The notes below the pieces were generated by a model, which did no database searches, had not been told where the DNA came from, and was given only the letters and a program-made list of their open reading frames with translations. 54,092 nucleotides of DNA, taken from a virus. Its lineage: Duplodnaviria; Caudoviricetes. This document shows, in pieces, positions 43,186 through 53,359 of the stretch; within the stretch, counting starts at the first letter, position 1, and each line of letters opens with the position of its first letter. Location: positions 1 to 54,092 of the IMG/VR virus record IMGVR_UViG_3300047557_001894. One strand, written 5' to 3'. Position numbers and translations under genes: made by a program.

Positions 43186-43515
43186 CTATAGCCTTGGAAG
43201 GACAAGCATCGGAAGCGTCCCCGTGTTTGGGAACGACAGCTTGGCGGCGCCGATCGTGACCTCGTAGCGGTAGTCGTACTCGCCCGCCTGAAGGTCGCTG
43301 GCGGCGAACGAGGTATCCACGTACCCCAACGCTGCGTCGGAAAGCGTTGGGGTTTTCTCGATGCGGACACGGTAGACCCGGTGGACCGCCACGAACTTGA
43401 TCGTGGCGCCATCGAGCCCTTCGGGGACCACACCGTCCTGCGCAAGCGTGTCCTTGAGCACCGGGAGCGTGTCCCCTTCGACGATGGTGAAAGCCGCGCA
43501 GCCGCAGTTACTCAT
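43186..43515 (-). CDS. BppU-N-like protein
   Basis: FTI.EGDT.P...LDGATIKF...GEY...EVT...SFPN. Confidence 0.7.
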   Translation of the reverse strand: MSNCGCAAFTIVEGDTLPVLKDTLAQDGVVPEGLDGATIKFVAVHRVYRVRIEKTPTLSDAALGYVDTSFAASDLQAGEYDYRYEVTIGAAKLSFPNTGTLPMLVLPRL

Positions 43516-43674
43516 CTTCTCTCCGTACCACGGTTGTTTCGCCCCTCGACCGACCGCTCGCGCTCGTCGTCGAGAGGTTTCGGCTGCTGACGCTCGTTAC
43601 CGCACGACGATTCACGCGAAACACGACGAGCGCTGCCGTTGCGCTCGAAGACCCGGTGCATGTCGCGCTGAACG

Positions 43675-46600
43675 TCAGGGGCCAATGACCAGCTCCGCGC
43701 TCACGATGTTGGCTTTGAACACCGTGCTGTTGGCGTCCACGAGGTACGCGATCAGGTTCTTGTCGCTGCCGAAGGAGCTGGAGAGGTCTGCGGAGATCAC
43801 CTCCGTGGGCGCCACGCCGCTCGACGTGTTGAGCGTCGCGATGAGCGTCGCGGTGTCGTCGTACAGCGTGAGTTGGGCGTCCGCGGACAAGTCCTCCACC
43901 CACATCTGCGCGCGGAGCTTGATCGTGCGGCCACCCGTCAGGTCGTGCTCGGCCGTCTTGAACGACCCACCTCCGACGAAGATGGAACTGATGCCCACCG
44001 TGAAGAAGCCGCCCTTCACCAACGGCACGTAGGTGTACGTCGGGCTCCCGCCACCACCGCCGCTCGGGTTCGCGTTGTACTGCCCGAGGATCAGCCACAC
44101 GGAGCTCCGCGGAGCGAAGTCGTAGGCGTCGTTCCACTTGAGCGTGATGGTGTTCTTGGCCGCGTCGTAGTCCGTGCCGCCGGACGTGTGCGCAGCGAGC
44201 GAGAGGTTCTGCTTGTTGGTCGGCCCGGTGTACTTCACGCGCAGCCGTCGATCGGGCTGGAACCCCGTCGGGTTCGGCATCGTGACGGTGAACGTGGAGC
44301 CCGACCCTGGGATCACGATGGCAAGCGTGGTGTCCTTCGCGATGGTCGCCGTCGTCGTGATGAGCTGCACCCGCTCCGGCTGCGTCGTCGTCTCACCGTT
44401 GTAGGTGATCCCGGTGTCGATCTGGAGCGCGGCGCTGGTCGTGTCCGCGTAGATGACCGGGCCCTGCACGTTCACCGTGCCCGTCCCTGCGCCGGTCTTC
44501 TCGATGTGCTTCGTGGTGTTCGCCCCCGCCTTCACGCGCACATTGGCCCCGAGGTTCACCGTCTGGGCGCCGTCGATGGTCACGGGCGGGTTGGAGCCCG
44601 AGAGAGCTGCTGTCTCGTGCCGCGTGTTTGCTCCGAGGGTGACTACGGAGCCCGTCCCCGTGAGGTACACGCGCCCGCCGAGATGCTTGTCCGCGTCGAG
44701 CCCGTCCAGCACCGGGTTGAACACAACAGTGGCAGAGCTGGCGTAGATGGCGTCCGCTTGGGCCGAGCCCGAAGCGCCCGTAATGATGTGCCCGTCGTAG
44801 TAGACCCCGGCGCTCACCACGCGCAGAGCCTTCGCGGACGATCCGCCGGGGGTGGTGAGCGCACAGCGAGTGGCACGCACGACGACCAGCCCGCCGAGCG
44901 AGCCGTCCACATGGAGGCTTGCGTAGGACGCGGAGGTGGCGGCGCAGTCCGACTCCACATCATCCAGCCACAGCTCTGCGTCTGCCGCGGGCCGCACGTA
45001 GATGGCGTCCACCGCAGCGCTCGCTTGAACGACGCGGCAGTGGGCGAGGCCCGCAATCGGCGTGTTGGGGCTAGACAACGGCTGGTAGTCCACTCGCCCC
45101 ACGATGGTGTTGGCGCGGCGCGAGGCCCCGAGGCCCACGATGAACGTGCCCGCGCGCAGCGTAGGGTTTTCCGTGATCGTGCCGGTGAAGAACCCGACGC
45201 GGGGGGCGAGCGCAGTGGCGCCGTCCGCTACCATGGCGTTCATCATCGCGGTCAGGGTGGCGTATTGCGGGTTCGACCCACCGGGCCCCGAGCCCGCGGG
45301 ACCGGCGAAGTAGAAGGGCTCGCCCCCGAGCCAGCTTCCCCACGGCAGCCACGCGCTGCCCGAGTACCACTCGAAGCGCGCGTTGGTCGTGTTGAAGATC
45401 ACGAGGGACGTGGCGGGAGAGCTGATCGCGTCGCGCTGCGTCGTCGTGAGGCGCGGCCCGAGCCACCCGGTCGTGGTGCTCTGCATCTCGAAGGACGCCG
45501 AGGCGTTCGCTGCTCCCGTGCCGACGATGAATCGCGTTTGCGCGCTCACCTCGCCGCTGACTCGGGAGATGTTCGAGATGCCGATGTGAACGCCAGACGT
45601 GAGCGTGAACTTCCGGGTGGACCCCGTGAGGATGTCTACGCCAGTGGACGTGAGCTCCAGGCGGTTGTTCGTGGCGTTGCGCAGGGCGAGCGTCGCACCG
45701 CCCGAGAGCCGAAGGGGTACTCCGGTGGTCCCAAGCTCGTGCTGGCCGCTCAGGTATTCGTAGACGGTGACGAGCCCGGAGCCGGTGTCTTCGATGATCC
45801 GCGCGCCCGTCCCGAGGGTCACGTCTGCGGCGAACGTCTTGGCCCCCGTCACGGTCTGCGCCCCCGCGAGCTTCACGTAAAGCGCGTCGTTCGACCCCTC
45901 CAGCACCTCGCCTGCGGACGTGCCGAAGTCCGCTGCGAAGGTGTTGCCCGTGAGGGTTAGCCCCGCGCCCGCGCTGTAGATCGTTCCCGAGGGAGCGCTG
46001 TACCCGACCACACCCGCGGTCACGCCCAGGTACGTGCCGTTCGCACCCTTCGCCAACCGCGTCCACGCGCCCGCCTTGCGGACGATGACGTCCTCGTCCT
46101 GCTCCCCCGAGATGGCGAGCGAGATTACGCGGTTGGCCGACAAGTCCACCGCCGCGTATCCGCCTGCGATGGCGATGGGGCTCGTCCCCTGGAGCGTGCG
46201 AGTGGTGGGCACGAACGTCCCCACGGCTACGGCGTCGTCGTACAGACCCGCGCCGTCGAAGGCGATATCCCACGGGCCAGACCCGCCCACGATGCGGCCA
46301 ATCAAACGGCGGTTTGTGCCCGCAGACGTGCTGGACGTGCCCGCCGTGTCCGCGAGGAAAACCTGTGCTCCCGACGACGGCGACCCACCGATCGTCGCTC
46401 CCTGGAACAGACCGCGCAGACGCACGTTGATGAGCGACCCACTCGTGATCGAGCCGCCGTCAACCGCACCCTCCACGATGCCCAGCAGGCCGCGGGTGTT
46501 CCCCGTGGTGTCTGCCGCAGCCTTGACCCAAGTAGGGACGACCTCTTGGCCCGGAAGACCGCTCTTGATCGTCGCCACACCGGAGAGTCGGACTACATCC

Positions 46601-47034
46601 CCTCGGGCCAGCGAAGCTCCAGCCTGGCCGACGACCATTCCAGGGTCGGCCTTGGTTGCGTCGATGAGCCCGAGCGTGATGTTCGCCGAGGTAGCCCACC
46701 CTCGCGGGGCCGAGGCTGCCTCGTTGGTCTCCGACCCTGCCGGGATTCGGATGCGCGTCTTGAGGTGCCGGACAGCAGCAACGACCTGGTTGCTCAGGGT
46801 CGAGTTGACCACGAGCCGGAGCAGGTAGGTGCCTTCCTTCTTGGGCGTGAAGGTGACCGACGGCCCGCTCGAACCCGAAAGCACATCGGCAGTCCCGTCA
46901 GGCTGGTCGACGATGCTCCAGGCGTAGGTGATCTCACCCCCTGCATCCTGATTGGTCAGGACGACGGAAGTGTCGATCGGTAGGTCGGTGTTGCTACCGG
47001 CTACCCCGTTGATCTTGATGATCGCAGCGGGCAC
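43675..47034 (-). CDS. Long tail fibre / receptor-binding protein (1119 aa)
   Basis: PKD-like N-terminus (YAWSIV...TFTP..EGTY.LRL); fibre modules (YSAGAGLTLTG, GAQTVTGAKTF, PRLTTTQRDAI); beta-helix-like middle; AGGAGG RBS. Confidence 0.8.
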   Translation of the reverse strand: MPAAIIKINGVAGSNTDLPIDTSVVLTNQDAGGEITYAWSIVDQPDGTADVLSGSSGPSVTFTPKKEGTYLLRLVVNSTLSNQVVAAVRHLKTRIRIPAGSETNEAASAPRGWATSANITLGLIDATKADPGMVVGQAGASLARGDVVRLSGVATIKSGLPGQEVVPTWVKAAADTTGNTRGLLGIVEGAVDGGSITSGSLINVRLRGLFQGATIGGSPSSGAQVFLADTAGTSSTSAGTNRRLIGRIVGGSGPWDIAFDGAGLYDDAVAVGTFVPTTRTLQGTSPIAIAGGYAAVDLSANRVISLAISGEQDEDVIVRKAGAWTRLAKGANGTYLGVTAGVVGYSAPSGTIYSAGAGLTLTGNTFAADFGTSAGEVLEGSNDALYVKLAGAQTVTGAKTFAADVTLGTGARIIEDTGSGLVTVYEYLSGQHELGTTGVPLRLSGGATLALRNATNNRLELTSTGVDILTGSTRKFTLTSGVHIGISNISRVSGEVSAQTRFIVGTGAANASASFEMQSTTTGWLGPRLTTTQRDAISSPATSLVIFNTTNARFEWYSGSAWLPWGSWLGGEPFYFAGPAGSGPGGSNPQYATLTAMMNAMVADGATALAPRVGFFTGTITENPTLRAGTFIVGLGASRRANTIVGRVDYQPLSSPNTPIAGLAHCRVVQASAAVDAIYVRPAADAELWLDDVESDCAATSASYASLHVDGSLGGLVVVRATRCALTTPGGSSAKALRVVSAGVYYDGHIITGASGSAQADAIYASSATVVFNPVLDGLDADKHLGGRVYLTGTGSVVTLGANTRHETAALSGSNPPVTIDGAQTVNLGANVRVKAGANTTKHIEKTGAGTGTVNVQGPVIYADTTSAALQIDTGITYNGETTTQPERVQLITTTATIAKDTTLAIVIPGSGSTFTVTMPNPTGFQPDRRLRVKYTGPTNKQNLSLAAHTSGGTDYDAAKNTITLKWNDAYDFAPRSSVWLILGQYNANPSGGGGGSPTYTYVPLVKGGFFTVGISSIFVGGGSFKTAEHDLTGGRTIKLRAQMWVEDLSADAQLTLYDDTATLIATLNTSSGVAPTEVISADLSSSFGSDKNLIAYLVDANSTVFKANIVSAELVIGP

Positions 47035-47067
47035 AGAGCCTCCTGGCCGTCAGGGTAGCGCAGGCGG

Positions 47068-48219
47068 CTACGTGGTCTGGAAGTCGATCGCGAAGTCGAT
47101 GGTCATGGTCCCAGACGTGGGCTGGGCCACGGTCGTGCCGTCGAACTTCTTGGGGTAGAAGCTGGCGATGGCCGCCTTCTGGCCAATGGCCGCCGCAACA
47201 GCAGCGGGAACAGTGGCCGCCGCGAGCGCTGTCTGGCTGCCGGAGTCGATGGTGAAGACCGACGAGTTGACCTCGCAGCTCCGCAGCTCGGTGTTGAGCG
47301 CGTAGGCAGCGCCCGCCTCTTCGGTTGCCTGTGCGACCGCCGAAACCCTGGTGATGTTGCCGCCGATCACGTACGCGGTGGCGAAGCGAGCGAACCCGGC
47401 GCCTGCGTACCCCGTGGTAAAGGCCACGCTCACACCGGGCGGGGCGTTCAAGTAGTCGAGCGTGACTGCGGGCGGGCTGCCCGTCATCGCGAGGCGGATA
47501 CGCCCGGTGACACGTCCGAACCCGCCGTTGGGGAACAGCAAGCTGCGGGTGTCCTTGATCTTGTTCTCGGCGATCGACGTAGCCGCAGCATCGACGAGAA
47601 TCTCCGCGATCTTGACGTACCCAGCGCTGGTCGACGGTGCGGCCGGTACTCCGGCTGGAGTGCCCGTCTTGTAGTTGATGCTGGCCGAGCCGTTCAGCGA
47701 CGTGCGCCCGTCCTGAATCCAGGCGAGCGTCTTGTTCACGAGCGTGGGATCGAAGGCGCCAGTCCCGGTGTTCAACACGTCGCGCGACGTGTTGTCCGTG
47801 AGCCGACGGTCGTACTTCACCTCCACGATGTCGATGCGCGGGTTCGACGGGTCGGCGGCCGGGACAGTCAACGACTGACTCGTGCCCAGGAACATCGGCT
47901 TGTACGCGGACAGGTCGTTCAAGTTCAGGCAGCCCCCGATGTCCGCAGCCACATCGGAGAGGTTGTCCATGAACCCGTACCCGGCGCGAACGACGACCCC
48001 CATGGCAGCCGGAGACTCGGGGCCGACGCGGAAGCTGTCGCCCAGGAATCCCGTCGCCGGAGCGTTGGTCAGGACCGAGTTGCTGGCCCTCCCCGCGAGC
48101 AGATAGCGAAGCAGCTCCCGCAGGGTGCGGTTGATCTGCGACGCCTCGCCGTTCACATCGCTGCTCAACGGCCGCTCTCGGACGTTGATCGAGGTCTGAT
48201 CCCAGGCGTTGTTTCCCAC
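47068..48219 (-). CDS. Baseplate/tail-fibre attachment protein
   Basis: ADPSNPRIDIV motif; positioned between wedge genes and the fibre. Confidence 0.65.
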   Translation of the reverse strand: MGNNAWDQTSINVRERPLSSDVNGEASQINRTLRELLRYLLAGRASNSVLTNAPATGFLGDSFRVGPESPAAMGVVVRAGYGFMDNLSDVAADIGGCLNLNDLSAYKPMFLGTSQSLTVPAADPSNPRIDIVEVKYDRRLTDNTSRDVLNTGTGAFDPTLVNKTLAWIQDGRTSLNGSASINYKTGTPAGVPAAPSTSAGYVKIAEILVDAAATSIAENKIKDTRSLLFPNGGFGRVTGRIRLAMTGSPPAVTLDYLNAPPGVSVAFTTGYAGAGFARFATAYVIGGNITRVSAVAQATEEAGAAYALNTELRSCEVNSSVFTIDSGSQTALAAATVPAAVAAAIGQKAAIASFYPKKFDGTTVAQPTSGTMTIDFAIDFQTT

Positions 48220-48221
48220 GT

Positions 48222-49856
48222 CTATTCTCCGCGGAGTTCCAGCAGCACGGTGACACCGGCCGCCTTGATGGCGTTGAGGTTTTCCAGAAGCGTCAGGTAG
48301 AACTGCCGCTTGGGCAGGTCGAACCCATCGTAGCCGCCCTGGAGTCCGAGCGTGCTGTCCAACGTACTTGGCACGTCGTACGCGGAGATGGACCGCCGCC
48401 CTGTGATCTGCCCGGTCGTCACCGACCGATCAGTTTCGTCCATGGCCGTGTCGTCGTAAGCCATCCCCACGTCAGACTGCGCCGGGAGGTTGGGCACGCC
48501 GATGATGACCGTGCCCCGCATCTCCACGTCGTCCAGCCAGCGGTTCGAGATCGGGACCGCGGGGGTCGTCGGCCAGTCGAACACGAAAAGGTCTTTCCAG
48601 AGCGCGAGTCGGGACGAGAGCGGGTCCGACAGGTACGTCGGGGTTCCGACGTTCGGGCTCGGGTAGTCGTAGGCCGTCTGGTAGTCCTTCTCGAAGGTCT
48701 CCACGAAGTCGTACGTCAGCCCGTACAGGTCGAACACCGAGTCGAGAAACCGGCGAAAGGCTCCTGGGCTCACCGTGTCGGGCAGGGTTCGCACGCGGTA
48801 GCGGTACTTCTCGTCAGGCTCCCCGACGCCGCGCTCGATCCCACGGTCGGCGCCAATCTGGTCGAGTACGGGGGGCCGACCGCCTGTCGTCGGGTTGATG
48901 TTCTCGACGACGAATCCGGGCTCGATGAAGGTTCGGTTTCCAGTCGTCGGGTCACGCTGAATGGCGCTGCGGATCGTGTCGATCTCCCCTGGCAGTTCGA
49001 TGTTCGAGACAGGCGTGATGAGCTTGCCGGGCACGTTGTACTGGAAGCTCTTGAACAACGATCGGATGGCAACCCCGACGGGGCCCAAGTCCGTCGAGCC
49101 GAACTCAGCGTCCTCCGTGGTGATGAATCCACGACCGGACTTCGAGCACTGCACGATGGTCCCCGCAGCGAGGGTCACCGCGCCAGCGTCGGCGTTCGGC
49201 CGAGTGAACTCGACAGTACCCGTGGCGTAGCTACCACCCGCGGAAAACATCGAGAGGTTCAGCGTCTCGAAGTTGCAGATGGCCTGAGACATTCGCGCAC
49301 CGACTTGAGCAGCAGCGCGGAACAGCTCGTACCCGCTATTCGGGGTGTTCTTGAGCGGGTACAGGTACCACTCGGGCAGCATGTGATCGAAGACACGCAG
49401 GTAGTACGCCGCGTCGTTCACAGGAGCGTCTGATCCACCGGGCCCCGGTCCGGGGACGGAGGGGAACACAGGGATGACCGCAGGCTCCGGGGGAGTCACC
49501 GGGTCGGTCAGGCTCCACGTTGCAGTCGTGGTCTGCGATTGCCCAACCGTGTTGAACGCCCTGACCAGCAGGCGCGGGCCGTCGGGCCAGAAGGGCTCCC
49601 GCAAGAGCGTGTACCCATAGCCGTTCCCGTACGTCATGTCGGTCACGGGAACGCGGAAGGAATGCGCTTGGTACGGCTCGGTGAAATCCGTGCCGTCGAA
49701 CGCAACCTCCTCGATGCCCATGCCCGCGAAGTGGACGGACAGCGCGGTGTGCAGCAGCGTCCCTCCGTTCTCGTACACCTCGACGTAGACGACCTGGGCA
49801 CGGTTGATCGCCGTGCTGGGCGTAGGGCTCGGAGTCGTGATGTGCGGGGCGGCCAT
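48222..49856 (-). CDS. Baseplate wedge protein
   Basis: ATGTVEFTR...AGTIV beta domain and LDQIG..RGIER..GE.DE.YR.RV; C-terminus IKAAGV. Confidence 0.7.
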   Translation of the reverse strand: MAAPHITTPSPTPSTAINRAQVVYVEVYENGGTLLHTALSVHFAGMGIEEVAFDGTDFTEPYQAHSFRVPVTDMTYGNGYGYTLLREPFWPDGPRLLVRAFNTVGQSQTTTATWSLTDPVTPPEPAVIPVFPSVPGPGPGGSDAPVNDAAYYLRVFDHMLPEWYLYPLKNTPNSGYELFRAAAQVGARMSQAICNFETLNLSMFSAGGSYATGTVEFTRPNADAGAVTLAAGTIVQCSKSGRGFITTEDAEFGSTDLGPVGVAIRSLFKSFQYNVPGKLITPVSNIELPGEIDTIRSAIQRDPTTGNRTFIEPGFVVENINPTTGGRPPVLDQIGADRGIERGVGEPDEKYRYRVRTLPDTVSPGAFRRFLDSVFDLYGLTYDFVETFEKDYQTAYDYPSPNVGTPTYLSDPLSSRLALWKDLFVFDWPTTPAVPISNRWLDDVEMRGTVIIGVPNLPAQSDVGMAYDDTAMDETDRSVTTGQITGRRSISAYDVPSTLDSTLGLQGGYDGFDLPKRQFYLTLLENLNAIKAAGVTVLLELRGE

Positions 49857-51064
49857 TAGTACCCCAGCCCGTCAGGGTTGGCGCTTCCCTGGAGTGCGCG
49901 GTCGGGCTGCACGCTGGTGGCGACGATGAGGTTGATGCCGGAGCGAAGGACCGAGAGCGGCGGCACCACTACGTCGCCAGCCGGAGAAAGAATCTCCGCA
50001 CCCGTCACTTCCAGCCCATTCACTGTCCGCAGGCGGGCGATCAGCTCAGAGACGAGCATGTCGTCTCCGGGGTTCAGCGAGTTGATGTAGGCCGCGAGCA
50101 CGGCGCGAGCGTTCAGCGCTACGAGGTCCGCACTCACGCCAGCCAAGAACCGCAGACCCAGCGTGACCGGCTGCAGAACGACCACCGCGACCTGAATCTG
50201 GACGTAGATGCCCCCGGCCCGAACGTCGTCCAGCGCGAGCGCAACGGAGTCTGCGAGCACCTGGCTCTGCGTCTGGTAGGTCGCCGGGGTGGGGTCGATA
50301 TCAACCAAGTCGTCGGTGTAAGCGTCCGTGACGACCAAGTTTACGAACCGCGCGGGGCGTCCGAGTGCGTCCAGCCCCTCGAAGACGTTGGCCGTACGAA
50401 CACCAGGGACGCTCAGTGCCGCGGCTTCGATCGCCTTGAGCGTTCCTCGGCGGGCAGTAGTGAAGAAGAGCCGGGCCCGTGCACGGAGCTGATCGTCCTC
50501 TTCCTCGTCGTCGGCACCGGCCGTCGCGAGCGGGTTCGTGACGCGAAGGTCGTCTGTCTGGTTGGTGATCTGCGACTGGATGCTCGTGATGGTGTTGGCG
50601 CGGGCTTGCTGGTCGGAGCCAGGGAGCGTCGAGCGGACTTCGACCACGATCGGACCGACGGACCCCATCGGGAACGTCGCGTCAGCCCACGTCACGAACT
50701 GCCGCCCGTCGCTCGTCGCAACCACAGTCCCTCGCGGGATGGGCATGGTCGCGGGGGCGGGCGTCGTAGTCGTGAAGTTGACCGAACCGAGCGCCTGGGA
50801 AGCGGGCTTGCGGCTCAAGCCGTAGCGGTCGAACACCAGCCGGTCGAGCGTGGTGCCGCGCGCGGAGTCGAGGAACAGGCCCGCCTGAGCCCGGACCATC
50901 TGCGTCGTCAGGTCGTCGCCAACCGCCGCCATGCCAGCGGTGATGGCATTGGCATCCGACCCCTCACGCTCGATCACTTCGAGCGTGAGAGTGCTGTTCT
51001 TCGACAGCATCTCGTCTCGCGCGAGGCGCTGCTGGTCCGCGAACGTGGGGAAGTCCGGTGGCAC
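49856..51064 (-). CDS. Baseplate J-like (gpJ/gp47) wedge protein
   Basis: FLDSARG..LD...YGLSRKPA..A.G.V.F, IPRGT.V, GAD.E.DD.LRAR, A.SVPGV. Confidence 0.92.
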   Translation of the reverse strand: MPPDFPTFADQQRLARDEMLSKNSTLTLEVIEREGSDANAITAGMAAVGDDLTTQMVRAQAGLFLDSARGTTLDRLVFDRYGLSRKPASQALGSVNFTTTTPAPATMPIPRGTVVATSDGRQFVTWADATFPMGSVGPIVVEVRSTLPGSDQQARANTITSIQSQITNQTDDLRVTNPLATAGADDEEEDDQLRARARLFFTTARRGTLKAIEAAALSVPGVRTANVFEGLDALGRPARFVNLVVTDAYTDDLVDIDPTPATYQTQSQVLADSVALALDDVRAGGIYVQIQVAVVVLQPVTLGLRFLAGVSADLVALNARAVLAAYINSLNPGDDMLVSELIARLRTVNGLEVTGAEILSPAGDVVVPPLSVLRSGINLIVATSVQPDRALQGSANPDGLGY

Positions 51065-51068
51065 TAGG

Positions 51069-51098
51069 TTGTCCCTTTCAATGAGTCTGTGGTAGTCT
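51069..51098 (+). promoter_or_regulatory. Putative sigma70 promoter giving a leaderless HNH transcript
   Basis: TTGTCC, 18-nt spacer, TG extended -10, TAGTCT, then 6 nt to GTG 51105; no SD. Confidence 0.5.
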
Positions 51099-51104
51099 CA
51101 CGTT

Positions 51105-51740
51105 GTGGACATCACAGGCGTACGATTCGGACGGCTGACTGTAGAAGGTCGAAGCACAAGCGAACAGCCCAAGAACGGATCGAAGTGGGTGTGCCGATGC
51201 GACTGTGGCGCGACTCGCGAGGTTGCTAGGGCGGCCCTGGTGTGCGGGAGAACGAGGAGCTGTGGGTGTTTGCGTAGGGAAGCCGCACGGCAAAACATCA
51301 AAGCGGCGACAGCAGGTGGCCCGACGTACGGGAACCTTCGCCACGGCGGGTCGAAAACTGCGGAGTGGCGTACGTGGTGCGACATTCGGAAGCGATGCGG
51401 AAACCCCAAGTCGCGGGCTTACGCCTATTACGGGGGTCGCGGGATCGCCGTTGATCCTCGATGGGAGTCCTTCGAGAACTTTTTGGCCGACGTTGGGCCT
51501 AGACCAGCAGGTGGATACACGCTGGATCGCATCGACAACAACGGGCCCTACTCGCGCGAGAACTGCCGATGGGCTAACCGACTGGATCAGGCGAACAACC
51601 GTCGGTCCAACGTACGCCTTGTTATCGACGGCGTTTCTCACACCATCACAGAGTGGTCGCGCATCTGTGGAGTAGGACGAACCACGATCCAGGCCCGACT
51701 CAAGCGAGGGCTGAGTCCAAAAGCAGCGATGGAGCTTTAG
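51105..51740 (+). CDS. Free-standing HNH homing endonuclease
   Basis: [44 protein letters not shown]...QANNRR. Confidence 0.92.
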   Translation: MDITGVRFGRLTVEGRSTSEQPKNGSKWVCRCDCGATREVARAALVCGRTRSCGCLRREAARQNIKAATAGGPTYGNLRHGGSKTAEWRTWCDIRKRCGNPKSRAYAYYGGRGIAVDPRWESFENFLADVGPRPAGGYTLDRIDNNGPYSRENCRWANRLDQANNRRSNVRLVIDGVSHTITEWSRICGVGRTTIQARLKRGLSPKAAMEL

Positions 51741-51758
51741 GCCAGCCATTGGTGCCCT

Positions 51759-52592
51759 CTACAGTTGGACTACGGTACCGGACAGGGGGACGGCGACCTT
51801 GAGCTGGCCGCCCGTCGAGGCGCGCTTGGCGTCGATCTGGATGAACACCAGGCCGTCGTCGTCGATCATCACGGCGGCGCGCACGTCCGCAACATCCGGC
51901 TCACGCGAGACCTGACGTTCGACTTCCGCGCGGAGCGCTGGAACGTCGTTCAGCAGCAGAATCTCCTTGGGGCGAAGCCCCAATCCGAAGTTCTCGGGCG
52001 GGATGTACGCGAAGTCGCCAGGGACCGCCGAAGCTCGGCGGTAGATCATCTTCTCCAGCAGCACGTCCCCGGACTGCTTCGCGTAGTCCCCGCCTGCCAG
52101 CGTCGGGATGATTCCCGAAGCCATCTGACTGTCCACGACCACGTTGGCGATGTCCGCGGGCTCGGCTCGGTTCACGAGTACCTGACGCGGAGGGTGCTTG
52201 GCCCCGGCGCAGTCTCCCGAGGTTGCGCCCACGATCGGGTCGCCGTTCGCGTCGAGAATGCTCGGGAAGCTGACTTCGATCGTGCCGAAGCGGTCGGGAA
52301 ACTTCTGGAGCGTGTACAGCTCGAACTGCCGCCCGTCGGTGTCCACCTGACGCACCGCGAGCAGGGTCAGCGGCGTTCCGTCGGCAGAGATGCTCCACGT
52401 CGAGACGTTCAGAGCAGCTCCGGCGAGCAGAGCAGTCCCCACGAGTGCGGAGTCCGTGAACGTCACGCGGACAGTCCGCTCGCTGTTGGCGAAGATGCTC
52501 TCCAGCGAGAAGGTGCCCGTTGCAGTGCCGATGCCCCACGGACCTACGCCGTAGTAGTCGAGGCCGAAGCCCTGGTAGTTCGTCGGCATCAC
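51759..52592 (-). CDS. Baseplate protein (Ig-like N-terminus + gp25/gpW-like C-terminus)
   Basis: PG.F...PENFGLGL...EVERQVSREPDV; lies between spike and gpJ-like genes. Confidence 0.65.
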   Translation of the reverse strand: MMPTNYQGFGLDYYGVGPWGIGTATGTFSLESIFANSERTVRVTFTDSALVGTALLAGAALNVSTWSISADGTPLTLLAVRQVDTDGRQFELYTLQKFPDRFGTIEVSFPSILDANGDPIVGATSGDCAGAKHPPRQVLVNRAEPADIANVVVDSQMASGIIPTLAGGDYAKQSGDVLLEKMIYRRASAVPGDFAYIPPENFGLGLRPKEILLLNDVPALRAEVERQVSREPDVADVRAAVMIDDDGLVFIQIDAKRASTGGQLKVAVPLSGTVVQL

Positions 52593-53359
52593 TTCACCTC
52601 CGTGTCCGTTGCTCGGGTCTCGGGGGCAGTCTGCGGTACAGGCGCGGGGGGTGAAAAGGCCGCAGGCACCGCAGCAACACCGCCCGCCGACGCCACTCCA
52701 ACGGTGACGCCCGAGACGGTAACAACGTGGGTGTGGGTGCTGAACGCTGTTACGAACTGCCCGATGGCCGTTTCCAGCGTTTTGATGCGGGTCTCGTGGT
52801 CGTCGAGCACGCTCTGGTTGGCGTTGCCCAGCACCGCAGGCTGAAGGTTCGTGTCCCCCAGCTTCACCTTGCCGGAGCCGCGAGCTTGCAGCCGAATGTC
52901 TCCGGCGCCGTCTACATCGACGAGAACAGCCCCGCCGCCATCGACGAAGAGCTTGTGGCTGTCCCCCGACTTCACGCGGGTCACCACGTCGTCGGTGATG
53001 TCCTCACCGTTGATCGCTTCCGGCGGGGGCGGCATCTGCCCGTTCCACAGCCGAGCGATGATGATGGGGCCCGCGTCTTGAATGCCCTCGGGCACGGCGA
53101 TGACCACAACGTCGCCGACCTTCGGCTTCACCACGGAGCCGTACCCAGCGCCCGCGTAGTCGGACCCGACGAAGACGGTTTGCTCCTCCCCCGAGGGGAT
53201 GAACTCCACATCGGCGAAGAGCCCCTGCTCTGCGTCGGAACCCGTCTCCGTGACGACCGCGAGAGTGATCCAAACGCGCGGGTCCACTCCCGGCCGCGAG
53301 ACTGCGGACGCGAGCTTGCCCAGGTCGATCGTGCGCCGCGTGCGGCCCATTCGCCTCAT
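52589..53359 (-). CDS. Baseplate central spike (gpV-like)
   Basis: OB-fold G.G....PKVGD.VVI..PEG; C-terminal HTH (His-x-His) metal-binding motif. Confidence 0.85.
   Translation of the reverse strand: MRRMGRTRRTIDLGKLASAVSRPGVDPRVWITLAVVTETGSDAEQGLFADVEFIPSGEEQTVFVGSDYAGAGYGSVVKPKVGDVVVIAVPEGIQDAGPIIIARLWNGQMPPPPEAINGEDITDDVVTRVKSGDSHKLFVDGGGAVLVDVDGAGDIRLQARGSGKVKLGDTNLQPAVLGNANQSVLDDHETRIKTLETAIGQFVTAFSTHTHVVTVSGVTVGVASAGGVAAVPAAFSPPAPVPQTAPETRATDTEVK

Noticed and set aside
43873-45960. 695-aa + strand ORF and other long antisense ORFs (e.g. 2343-3527, 26575-27582)
   Set aside because: Shadow frames of high-GC genes: Arg/Gly/His-rich, no motifs, and fully overlapping well-supported genes.
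51078-51749. - strand ORF filling the gap in the baseplate operon, or a self-splicing intron
   Set aside because: It is antisense to a clear HNH gene. Both flanking baseplate genes look complete and no intron core is evident.
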